In this document: positions 48,325 to 59,436 of the stretch, one piece after another | Layout of the letters: every line of letters starts with the position of its first letter | Position numbering within the stretch: the first letter of the stretch is position 1 | Assembly (NCBI GenBank): GCA_010093605.1 | Contig: MU004203.1 | Location: 264,391 to 328,390 of the forward strand | DNA: 64,000 nucleotides | Direction of reading: 5' to 3' | From: Lophium mytilinum | Lineage: Eukaryota | Program-made: the position numbers and the translations under genes | The notes under the pieces: model-generated | The model's database searches: none | The model's input: the letters and a program-made list of their open reading frames with translations, nothing else | What the model was told of the DNA's origin: nothing

Positions 48325-49550
48325 CTACCACGCCGTGTGGCCCCCATCAATGACCAGATTCCCGCCCGTCATGAACGAACTTGCGCGACTAAGCAGAAAC
48401 ACTGCCGCACCCTTGAACTCCTCCGGGGTACTCAGCCTCCCCAACATGTTCTCTTTCTGCCACAACTCCCGCAAGTCCGGCTGCCGCTTGAAGTCCGCCT
48501 GCACCATGGGTGTCAGAATGTGACCCGGAGAGATACAATTGACACGAATGCCCCCGCTACCGTCCTCACGCACCCTACCCCACTCCATGGCCAAGTTGCG
48601 CGCGAGCTGGATCACGGCGGCCTTGGAGGAGTTGTAGATGGGGCACACGAGGCCCTTGTTCGCGACTAGGCCGCTCATGCTGGCGATGAGGCAGATGGAG
48701 CCGTGGGACTTGTACTTCAACATCTGGCGCGCGGCGGCGGTGGCGGACACGAAGACGCCCGTGTAGTTGATGTTCATGAGCCACTGGGCGTCCTCGATGG
48801 TGTGGTCGAGGGAGTCTTTGGCGAGTTGTTTGCCGGCGGCTACCAAGAGGGGTCAGTGAATGTGAGGAAATGGGAGTAAAAGGGCAGTAGGCGTACCAGC
48901 GATGAGGCCGTCGAGGCGGCCACGGTCATCAGCGATGCGGGCGACGATGGCTTCGAGGGCGGGCTGGTCGGTCACGTTGACTTGGTGGTAGTGCAGGCTG
49001 CCACCGAAAGGTGCTACACGGGACTGGGCGCTCGACCAGGCGTGGTCGGGGTTAGGGAGGATGTCGAGGCAGTGGACTAGACCGCGTGAGATTGTGATCA
49101 AAAGTGTGACTTTAGGGGATTGTTTTACCTTTGCCTCCGGCTTCAGCTAGGGCTTCTGCGAGGCAGAATCCGAGACCGCGCGCACCGCCTGGAGAATGGG
49201 TTAGCTTATTGACACTTCTTCAGATTGTGGGTTTGGGAGCTTCTGGGCTTACCAGTGACTATGTAGACGCCTCCACTGAGGTCAAACTCTCGGAATCGGT
49301 GTGTATCGAGCGTGTTGCGCGAGAAGTCGGGCACGATGGTGGTCCGGGTGGTCTGCTCTTCGTAATGAATCTTGATGGCCGCGGCCCCATTCGATTGGTA
49401 GCGCCGCCATTTTTTCTGGTCACCGAGACCAGTGAGCTGGCGTCGTGGTAAAGCTGTCAGCGGGGCAGCAATTCTAGAGCTAGAGGTGCGGGCGAGAGAA
49501 GGGAGGACGCGTCTGGCAGCCATGCCCGCGTGGAGAGGAAGGAGAGGCAT
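48325..49550 (-). CDS. Short-chain dehydrogenase/reductase (polyol dehydrogenase-like) with a mitochondrial-type presequence
   Basis: Motifs IVTGGARGLG (across an intron), LIASMSG, YNSSK, RVNCISPG and IDGGHTAW. Introns 49252-49189, 49128-49077 and 48896-48840. Confidence 0.88.
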
Positions 49551-50744
49551 TGGAGCACTGCAAGTGCATGCAGCAGGAATGTAGTTGTGGATGAAGGTGT
49601 GGAGAGTGTTGTGAAGAATTTCAAGGAGCTTGATGGAGTTGTTGATTGAGGGGTTCGAGGTGGTGGTTAGAGTGGAGTTGTAGTGTTGTGTGGCAGGGGC
49701 GAGAGCTTGATCAAAGAAAAGAACTTATTTAAGCTCCAAGCCCGCCCCTCCTCATTGAATCCACAGATGTCGCTCACATGATGTAATTCACCTTCCTACC
49801 AGCTGAAGCGACGGTTCACGATTTGTTTGCGCCACATTACACGAGCCGGGCGGGGTGGAGGTTTGAACTCATCTTCGCGAGATCGTCGGTGTCGTAAGGC
49901 CAAGGTCATAGCTTCAGGCTGTACGAAGAGGCTGCTGGCGCTTCACGATGTCTGCCGAGTCAGCACTACGATCAACACCAAGGGATTCGATCGTCGCATG
50001 GTGGCTGCGCTGGTTCTTAGTTGACGTCCACGGGTTGTTGTTGTTCGACGTCGTCGGAGGTGTGGGCCGCGAGGGGATGGCCTCCAATTGGGTCATGTGG
50101 ACTTGGGACCTAGTAGAACTAGGTAGAATAGATCCCTCCGCTTCCCCACATTCATCAATCACCACCACCCACTGCCGCTTATCAACTCAATATGTCCTCC
50201 ATCCGGGTAGTCCGGCATGGACTTTTACAAGACCACCGGTGTGGTGATGCCTTTCGCTACGTGAATGGCACCCCACGTCCTCGGAACCTTCGAATCCCAT
50301 CTCTTTGTCATCACAGCCTTGACGTTTGTAATTGGCTACCAAGTACAGCAGCAATTTCTTGTTATTTCTCGGCAGCGCTTTGTGAGCTATAATGTCTGCC
50401 TCCTTCTTTTTGTATACATGATGCCTTTGATGTAAAAGTGACTAGTAGCCATCGCACTCGTCTATTCATACTTCAAGAAACGTTCAAGATTGCCCCTTGG
50501 GCCACACGGTCGAGTCTAAATTGAAAGTAGTGAATTGAGGATATCCCACCGCTGCATCTGCCATTCACTGTTGACTTTAAGACTGCCAAAACAATCATCA
50601 TTGGTGCGATTCGTACCTGCAAGACCAGTCACTCGCACTCCGGACGCGCGTACTCAAGATGTGTATAGCGACAGTCGATTTTTTAGTCCGTCTAGTCGAA
50701 ACCGACGGACTGTGCGGTCAATTTGCGTCACTGTCGTGCCCATA

Positions 50745-50782
50745 GACTACCAGGACTACTAGGACTACTAGGACTACCAGGA
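50745..50782. repeat. 9-bp microsatellite GACTAC(C/T)AG x4
   Basis: Read directly. Confidence 0.8.
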
Positions 50783-51061
50783 AGAGTCGGAAAACACATC
50801 CAAGACCAATTCTATAAATTGGGCTATCATGCTTCACCACATGGATCTAATGCTATTGCCGCTACTAAATAGCATCTTGCAATGCTTTGGGGATACGCCT
50901 TCTCTGGGTTCACGCGCTTTGGTTATATCTCGATCGATTCCGAATCAAACACTACAGACACTTGAGGGAACCTCCCACAATCGGGCTGATTCAAGGCCTT
51001 GAAAGCGCCTGGCAAGCACTGAAAGAATGCCAAGCGTGCGGATCTACTCTCCTTTACTGCT

Positions 51062-52081
51062 TCATTGTACTCGGAGCAATTTGGCTGCATTCCCATGAAC
51101 AAATGCCTTCAAATCGTCACCTCTGATTAGGCCCTCTCTCTCAATCTCTTCCACGAATTTCTTCCCTGTCTCATTGTCCGAGAACGGATAATCAACCGAG
51201 AAGAGGACATGATCAAGTGGCGACACTTTGAGCAAACATGCTAGCGGCGCAGTATCGAATAGACCGCTCGTTGTTACCCAGACATTGGCACGCCATACTT
51301 CCCGTAAAGGCCGCTTCAAGTGCTGCCAGCGGCCGGTTGACCTTTCTTGGCGCTGCATCATGAAGGGTAAAGTCTCCCCCATGTGGCCAAGCAAGAGTTT
51401 CAGCCGTGGAAAGCGGTCGAAAACTCCCGCAGCGAAGAGGCGGAGGAAGTGCAAGCTGCGTGTCTTTCGTCAGTACGATTATTGAACTAAAAAATGTCTA
51501 AGAACTTACCCTGTCTCAGCATGCCACCCAAACACGAAAGCTCCCAGACTTTTTGCCACATCCTCGCTATAATTACCTCTGTAGTTGATTCGCATCATCT
51601 CTTCACTCGCGAAGCAGGGGTGCAAGTAAATAGGGACGTCCAACTCTTGCGCTGTCTCCCAGAACACATCCCACTCGGGCCCATCATACCAAATTCCATC
51701 GGAGTGCGTGTCCACTAGAGCGCCAACGAAATGAAGGTCGTTTATGGTCCTCCTTAACTCCTCAGCCGCTGCGCGAGGCTCCGTCATTGGCAGCGAAGCA
51801 AATCCCGTAAACCGATCTTGGTGGGCGCTAACAGCAGCGTGGAGCTCATCGTTAATTGCAACACAAAGCTCAGGACTGGGAGCCGTGCGAAATGGAGTAT
51901 GGGAAAGAACCTGGCGACCAACACCGCCCGCATCCATGTCGGCTATACGTGTAGTCGAGATAGAGGAGAGTTTGGCGCCAATGGCAGGACCAAACTCGGA
52001 AGCAGCGGTGCCATAAACTTTGGCGGCTGCCTCGGAAGTGAAATGCTCTTCTAGGGTAATGGAAGGAATTTGGACAGACAT
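51062..52081 (-). CDS. Amidohydrolase_2 family non-oxidative aromatic acid decarboxylase (2,3-DHB / gamma-resorcylate decarboxylase-like)
   Basis: Motifs ITLEEH, VPIYLHP, GVFDRFPRLKLLLGHMGETLPF, VWVTTSG and LFSVDYPF. Intron 51509-51456. Confidence 0.88.
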
Positions 52082-52134
52082 TTTGAGGTTAAGTTAATGA
52101 CGTTGTGTTGCGAAGACCGGGTCTTTGCGATTAG

Positions 52135-52423
52135 TTTATATATAGGCGCCACTAGTCGGACATACCGCCCGGACATACCGTCATTGGTTATTCGGATATA
52201 CCCCGTGGTTCTGGCCCTACGTAAGGTTCTACGTAAGCTTCCTGAGCCAGAAGATAGCGGAGATATTGGTGAATAGATCGGGAAGGGGGAGTTGGCCATT
52301 ACGTTGGTAACCTGCGGCCTACCTTACGTCCAATGACTGACAGGCCAATCAGAGCATCGGAAGGTCACGGGGTATGGACGAGTATGAAATGGGTATGTCC
52401 GAGTAGCAAAGGGGGCATGTCCG
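52135..52423. promoter_or_regulatory. Decarboxylase promoter: TATA element plus five CGGAYAT(A/G)CC copies (candidate Zn2Cys6 sites)
   Basis: TATATAAA on the minus strand at ~52135-52144. CGGACATACCG at 52157 and 52170; CGGATATACCC at 52193; reverse-orientation copies at 52391 and 52413. Confidence 0.55.
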
Positions 52424-53039
52424 ATTGGTGTTACCCTTCTTTGAGCCCTTGCAATAAAATTCACGGGGTTGCTCTTAGTAATAGAACTTGATACTAGACT
52501 ACGGTTTAATATTGACTTTGGCTTGATTGATGTAGAATATTCTAGCGAGGAATTTTTGCAGCCTCGCACAGCCCCAGGCGCTCAGGCCTCAAACCCCGCC
52601 ATCTCGCTGCACCATCTTTCCACTTCTATGCGACGCTACAGCGCTTTTCCAAGGATAAACACTCCGCAGTGACCTACTAGATCATAATCTCAGCTAACAT
52701 TCGTCTCAGTCACGAAGTCGTTGCTGTCCTGAGAACGTCCGACACACTAGGCAACGTCTGAAGGCTCGCTCGGGACGATGATGCGTCAGGGCTGAAACTC
52801 GCGACAATTGAGCCAATGAGACTTGCAGGGTCAGGTTGTACGAGAGGGCGTTGCCTGCACATACGAAGACGGGGCTGTGGAGGGCAAACGCCCGTTTGCC
52901 CTCTTTTCCAAAAGAATGCTTATCAGCAGCTTTGCACCTCGATTCTTTCCTCACTCCATGCTTTTGCTGCGCGTGTCGACTATCTAAAGGAGACAGCTAG
53001 CATTTCGAACATTGTTACTACTCCATTATCCACTTCGAC

Positions 53040-54637
53040 GATGACTTTCACCAATAAGGACTTGAAAGGAGTTTCTTGGGATCTTGAGTGGGATCCCGAA
53101 TGGGACCAACTCTCCACCATTCCGTTCCCCAATGATATCTCCTCCCCTCTTTCGCACAAATCCTCCAAACAAATTTCCCGAGCTCTCTATCACGGATGAT
53201 ACATCAGTACCCTTCTTTCTGGACATTTCTGGCGATATTAACCTCATGGGCGTAGAGCCCCATGAGAAAACTGTGCTCCCAAACCTTCTTGAGGTAGATC
53301 TCCGAGACCAAGAAGCCACTCCATTTTCCTCTAGCTACGACACTGAAAAATTCGACACGTGAGTACTGCCGCTACTCAAGCCACCTTAATTTTAAAAGAC
53401 AGCATCTGACACGGCTTGGATGGGGGTACGATAACGATACTGCGAAGAGCCGAATGTCCTCGATCCGTGGCCTCCTGGAAATTTCATTAGTCATTTGGAA
53501 GCTGTTACCTTGACTGTACATGCAATCACCTAAATTTACCTTGCTCTTTCATACTAAGGTCCAAAAGCCGCATCTTTTTCTGTATCATATTGTTTATGAG
53601 CCCTGGCATGTCCCAGGTGAAGCGAGAAAAATGATAGAAACGCTTTCTCCTTTTGTTGTAGAGTTTGCAGTCGACTATTTTCTTTTGCGCTTAGCACTCC
53701 TTCAGCTTTAGTGTTGTGCGCGCCCAGATATCATATTCTCTCAGTCCTCACACTTTTCTTTCTCCTCTTTTATTTTTCCTATTTTGGGGCTTGTAACAAA
53801 CCCCGAACACCGACGCACCACCTATTTCCTAGGGAGAGAAGGCTTCCCAGCTGGCCACTGGGTTAGCACAACCTCTGCCCTAGGTTAAAGAGGTTGCGTT
53901 AGGTTTCCACGACACGACGAACTGAACGACGCCCCATACGCTCTAGTTCTTATCAAGCCCCCATCCACTAGCAATAGATTCGAAACCGATATGCAAAATC
54001 GAACCAAACCAATCCTAGAAACACAGTCAGAGAGAACTAACAAACCCAAGCGGGCCCTTGGTGAGTACGAGGGTAATGGCGGAAGAGCAATCCCTGCAGT
54101 AGGGGACATACCTCCTGATATGGAAGGCATTCATGATGGCGATGCGTCCATGCTGTCATTCTTGAACAGCTTTCCAACAAATAAAGAAGTCGTTCGCGAT
54201 ACAAATAGTAGTCTTTAAGGCCGACAGGTCTCAAGACGAGAAAGGTCAGCCTCCACGTTCACCACCACCATTACTCCTCAGGCCCGCCAATTCACCCTAT
54301 TTCCAGCCTAAGTGCGACTCTTCGCTTTCGGACAGTGACTAAGACTGCATACGTATGCACATACGGACGGTGCAATAAACAATTCTCTCGCATTTACGAT
54401 CTTCGACGCCATCATGAGGGGATTCACGAGCGGCAAGCCAACTTCCCATGCGGCTGGGTCGGCTGTCGGAGACATATTGAAGCATTCCCGCGGAAAGACA
54501 AGCGAGATGAGCACGAGCGGAAGATCCACGGCGGCCTCTCACACAAACGAGGCATCAGCAGGGTGAGCTCTCAGGAGTCAAGAGTCGAGCATGGCTCGCG
54601 CGTTCCATGTAGCCAGGCATCGGCGTCCTTTCTTTAA
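53040..54637 (+). pseudogene. C2H2 zinc-finger gene with an apparently disrupted upstream part
   Basis: Two C2H2 fingers (CTYGRC..F...DLRRHHEGIH; CGWVGC..FPRKDKRDEHERKIH) at ~54350-54530. That frame is closed by TAG at 54209, and the adjacent upstream reading segments lie in other frames. Confidence 0.45.
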
Positions 54638-56782
54638 GACAGTTGTAGATGGGCTTGATTTTCTTCTCGGTCGGAGATCTAGTCATGTTTGGGTTGGGGC
54701 AAGTTAGTAGCTTATTCTGGTACGGGTTGGGGTGATGAGGGATATAATGAATCACAACGTCGAACTTCTCGAACAACACACAATCAGGTCATCACCCATC
54801 GCTCCAATCCCCAATCTCCCTGAACGGGCCCAACGTTTCGTCTAACTACGACTCCAGGAGCATGTGGTGTCTGCAAACTCCTCCCTCAACGCGCAGCTCC
54901 GCCGCCATCCGCGATTGGGTCCTCTACTAGCCAGCCTCGCCCCGCTTGCAACAACCCAGACGACCACGCCGGGCATGAAAAAAGTGGCACACTCACCAAG
55001 ATCTATCTTTTGCGGTGTCGTGTGTACACATGTCTGCCACTGCTTAGAGTGCTTCAACCGGTTTCCAGATAGCCCAACGCTAAAGGTTCTACCTCTTTTA
55101 CATTTCAAAAGATGTATTGAGGCACTCCAAACAGCGACAGACAAGTGTACAAGAGGCAAATGCGGGTTGAATGTGCCATCTTTTTCGTGCCCCGCGTGAC
55201 GACGTCGACCGCTCCAGCCTACGTCTGCAAATACAAAACGTTGCTCGCCGCGACGCAAAGACAGTACGGAGCAATGATTACTACTAGGGAAGTTTGCCGT
55301 AAGGAAATCGACGTCTTGTCGGACGAGGGCTATATGGAGGAATATCCGGCCTCGAAAGACGACGCAAAAGCTAACAAGGCGTAACCTAGCCGCCGTGCAT
55401 CTTACTGCATTCTCCGCAATCCGTCCTCCATTCATGTATCACCGGCTTAAGCGCCTCCTCTACGCAAGCAGCAAAGTCTAAGTCGAAGCGGTGACGGTCC
55501 GGCTAACTTGCAGCTCTTAAACAGCGCCATCACATGCGACTTGCTAGGTGTAGCAGGCTTCGCATTAGCTACCTTTGTAAAGAAAATTTCGCAACATCTA
55601 ACGATAGTAGGCTAAGATAATTCTCCAGACCAATTTCTCCTCTCCGCCTATCGTTGAAAAACGTGCACCCGCCGCTGTCAGAATTGGTTGCTAGACCAAA
55701 ACTGTACCAATACCTCATACTATTGGGCATCATCTCCCCAGCAAAGAAGGTAAACGTCTCTAATTCGCGCTGACACTACTCGAACGCGTGTTTGTTCTCA
55801 CGTCTCCGCACTTGGCACCCCATCACTTCAATCCCAACCGTCAGGATCCCAATGCTCCAACCTGCAACGTCGGCTTTGCCTCCGCTACGACACAATTCTT
55901 TCCTAGATTATCACCATACTGTCAATAACTGGTTGAATATGACAAGGCCCTCAGAAAGAGCGGGGCCTTCGAGCGGGGTTTTTAGTCGGGCTTGCAGATG
56001 AAAGTCATTTTGGAGGATAGGGGTGTGTTCCGGTGAAGCCGTATGATTTTGCGGAGATCCGACCCTGGTCGATTCAAAGGTATGTTCATAAACTGAGGAA
56101 CGTAGTTCATCCTGAACCGAGACATGCAGTGACATGCAAGAATCACCTAGGCACGCTAGGGTGCTAGGGTTTTGATGGGGCCAGCCGCTAGTCTTGATTC
56201 TCTAGGCGTGACTAAATCTCCACGCGAAACATTCACCATTTCTCGCTTAAAAGTGACACTCGGTTTTGGGTGAACTACGTCCTAAGAGCAGTCATGAATA
56301 ATATGCGGCCCAGTTGCTAGGGCCAACTACTTAATTAGAAATCATAGTGCATGAGCAGTATATTTGTAGTAGCAACGCTACCCCGGACTCTCTCCAGACT
56401 TGCGGGGTACGAACTCGACCCTTTTGCGGGGGAACTAAACATACCGCTCTGTCCCCTTTCGACTCCTTTAGGTAACGGCCACTTGATAAACTTTGAAGAT
56501 GCATCAAATCCACCTCTTCTTCACGCTTCCCCGCTTCTTAGGTTACTTAGAAGCCTCGACCATGACGACTTCAATGATTCCCCAGTTCCGCTTTTCGTCA
56601 TGGACAAAGCTACGTCCGTGGTGTGGGAGCATCGCCTTGGAGGAGTATAAGTAACTCCTCAAATGTCCTCGAATCCTTTCACCTCAGACAGCATCAAGAG
56701 CTCTTCTTACTACCGCTCCTCACATCCTCATCCAATTTGAACTTCGTTACAACTCTGCTGCGATCTCCTTCACCATCTCAAC

Positions 56783-58441
56783 ATGATGAACCACAGAGAC
56801 TCCAAGGCCAACAGCGTCCCAGCCGGCACCATCGATCCATACGTTCTCGCCGAAGCGCTCATCGGACGCAAGATTGACAGAAGCCCCTTGACCCCGGCTT
56901 CGACCACCAACGGCGATATCCAGTCCGGCTATGAAGATCTCGTCGATGTGAAGCATGATACCCTGCGTTCCGCCGAAGGTCTCGAACCCGACGAGCCGCC
57001 CAAGAACGTCCACGTCGGCTGCATCAACCCCTATGCCCTGGTCGAGGCTCTTCTTGGCCGAAAGATCGATAAATGCTCCATGAACTCGGTGCGGATTCTC
57101 TCCGACGTTCTGCAGACCGATTACGATGAGCTCTTCGACTTGAAGTTCAATTCTTGCCTCCACGCCGGATTGAGGCTCAACGAAGAAGACCGCAACGCGG
57201 AAGAGCTGGACGAGAAGGATATGAAGATCCTGAACGAAGAGGATCTCGAGACTCCCGACCTCTCCCAGGTCCGCAAGACCGAGGACCTTGAAAAGCTCGG
57301 ATTGAAGGACATCCTTCAAACCCAGGTCAAGATGGCCCGCATGCAGAACGGCAAGCTCCGCCTGGTTTTGAACGCTCAAGACATGGGCAAGAGGGTCTCC
57401 AACAGCGAGGTGACCGAGACCCTCAACGAGATGGCTCTTCCCTTCAGAATGGATAAGGGCCAGTGGGTTCCCCCCAACGGCTCTTGGCAGGACATGTACC
57501 AGGGCTGGGCCGATGCCAGGCGCATGATGAAGGGCCTTGATAAGTTCCACATCGGAGAGCCATTCGGTATCGGGGAGAGGATGAGGATGCACATGAACCT
57601 CGACCCTCGCGACACCTGCTCCATCAACAAGTTCGACGACCCCGTCCAGGGAGCGGTCGGGAACAGCTGGCTGATCGCAGCCCTCTTCTCCGTGTTCTGG
57701 GCCAACCCCTCGATCATCAACCGCCGCACCCAGTCTTCAACCCATCACGGTGGGCAGGACCAGGACCACCAGAACCAGGACGGTAGGAAGAAGCGCGTCT
57801 TCACCGTCAAGTTCCACGACCGAGGCGGGGACAACAACGCCCCAAGCGGCAAGGTGGATGTCAACTACGAGATCCCCGTCAACAACTCAAACCACGAACC
57901 CATCTATGCCCGCGCCAGCGATGGGTGCGAGATCTGGCCCATGCTATACGAGAAGGCTTTCGCCAAGTGGGCGACAGGCAACTCCTCGGACCGTCCCGAC
58001 ATCACCCAGATCCACAACGGCGACCCAATAAAAGCAATGGCGCAAATCAACGGCAAGCAGCCCCAGTACTTCTTCACTGAGGACCGCCCCGCGCATGAGC
58101 TGATCGGCTTGGTCCGGTCTTGCTCCGTCAACTTCAAGACTATCAACCCGATGTGCGCCTACACCCACGCCTCCGGACACGTCTACCGTGGAAGCAACCT
58201 CGTCGCCAACCATGCCTACTCCGTCTTGGGTTGGTCCGCGGTTGGGCAGAAGCAGTACATCATCCTTCGAAACCCGTGGGGTGTCACTGAGCCCATCAGC
58301 TTGACTAGCTACCCAGGTCTGTTGACTGAAGTCGAGCCTGAGCTCTGGCGTCCGGCTTCCCTCCTCGATCGCGGAGGCGTGTTGGCATTGGAGGCGTCGG
58401 CTTTCAAGGAATACTTCTGCTGCGTTGGTACGGCTAAGTAA
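56783..58441 (+). CDS. Calpain-like peptidase C2 catalytic-domain protein with Ser at the nucleophile position, intronless
   Basis: DPVQGAVGNSWLIAAL (canonical QG.lGdCW), EIWPMLYEKAFAK, NHAYSVLG and ILRNPWG. Confidence 0.85.
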   Translation: MMNHRDSKANSVPAGTIDPYVLAEALIGRKIDRSPLTPASTTNGDIQSGYEDLVDVKHDTLRSAEGLEPDEPPKNVHVGCINPYALVEALLGRKIDKCSMNSVRILSDVLQTDYDELFDLKFNSCLHAGLRLNEEDRNAEELDEKDMKILNEEDLETPDLSQVRKTEDLEKLGLKDILQTQVKMARMQNGKLRLVLNAQDMGKRVSNSEVTETLNEMALPFRMDKGQWVPPNGSWQDMYQGWADARRMMKGLDKFHIGEPFGIGERMRMHMNLDPRDTCSINKFDDPVQGAVGNSWLIAALFSVFWANPSIINRRTQSSTHHGGQDQDHQNQDGRKKRVFTVKFHDRGGDNNAPSGKVDVNYEIPVNNSNHEPIYARASDGCEIWPMLYEKAFAKWATGNSSDRPDITQIHNGDPIKAMAQINGKQPQYFFTEDRPAHELIGLVRSCSVNFKTINPMCAYTHASGHVYRGSNLVANHAYSVLGWSAVGQKQYIILRNPWGVTEPISLTSYPGLLTEVEPELWRPASLLDRGGVLALEASAFKEYFCCVGTAK

Positions 58442-59436
58442 AAGAAAAGTGTTGAATCTCATGGCGAAACGCTGGTTTTACAGTGAGATTGGGGCCTTCG
58501 ATTCATTCCACATTCCTTTTGCTAGGCGGTATTGCTTCTGAATGGTTGAGATGGATGATTGCCTTGGATGTCGTCCGTTTGAATGATAGCAGACCGGCAG
58601 ACTGAATGGTCGAAACGGTACGTAATATGTTGAGAATTTAGTTACAACTTAATAGAAATTGATTGCATGGTTTTACAAGCAGGCTGATCATGTGCTACTT
58701 CACTTCATATCTCTCGTTGGGGATTTGTATCCGTCTCATACTTACAATGGAAAGCTACACATAGTCCTGGGACTGTACGCCTGAGCTGCCCATGCGAGAC
58801 TAGTGTCTGACCCTTAACTCCAAATTGCCACCAATAACGAGTGTCCTTATGGAGAACGCAGTTGCGGTGGGGGAAGCGTGGGGCCAGGAGTTTAGGAAGA
58901 CATTGAGAGAGGGATTTAATGTGAGACCACGATTTAGGAAGCTATTGTGGAAGTGGAACTGGTTTTGGGGGGGTGGTGAGCTAAGGAACCGCGGTGGTGA
59001 CGACAGTTGTGGTTTTTGAAGTGGACAACGTGGACGTGGCGTTTGCAATTGTTGGGTGCGACCCATTTGAAGTTCGTGCAGTGTTCTAATAGGCTGGGTA
59101 GGTTGGACGTTGCCAAGGGTTGGTGGTGTAGTTGAGACGTGTGTGGTTATTCCTCAAATGCAGAGAGCGTCGTTTAGAGAAGCTGAAAAACTCGTAGGCA
59201 AAAAGCTGCATTTTAATGGTGTCTGGGAGTTCAGTCAGTGTGCGTTGAAATGAGTACAGGTGTCCCGTACAATCTCAATTCTGATCGATAATAATGAGAA
59301 AATGTCCCTTAAAAGGGTATGTGCGATATCAAGTCAGTAGCTGATCTGAGATGACTATGGGTGTTCAAATACACTTGATTTTACAATTATGTACCTTAAC
59401 ACAAACCTTTGTTCAAACAGATCTTGAGTCGTGCAC

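Noticed and set aside
54864..55384. Cys-rich short ORFs resembling a RING or zinc-finger fragment
   Set aside because: Cys/His spacing fits no motif I can name, and the two pieces are in different frames without clear splice sites.
56747..57592. 281-aa ORF antisense to the calpain-like gene
   Set aside because: Expected from strong C-ending codon bias on the sense strand; no independent motif.
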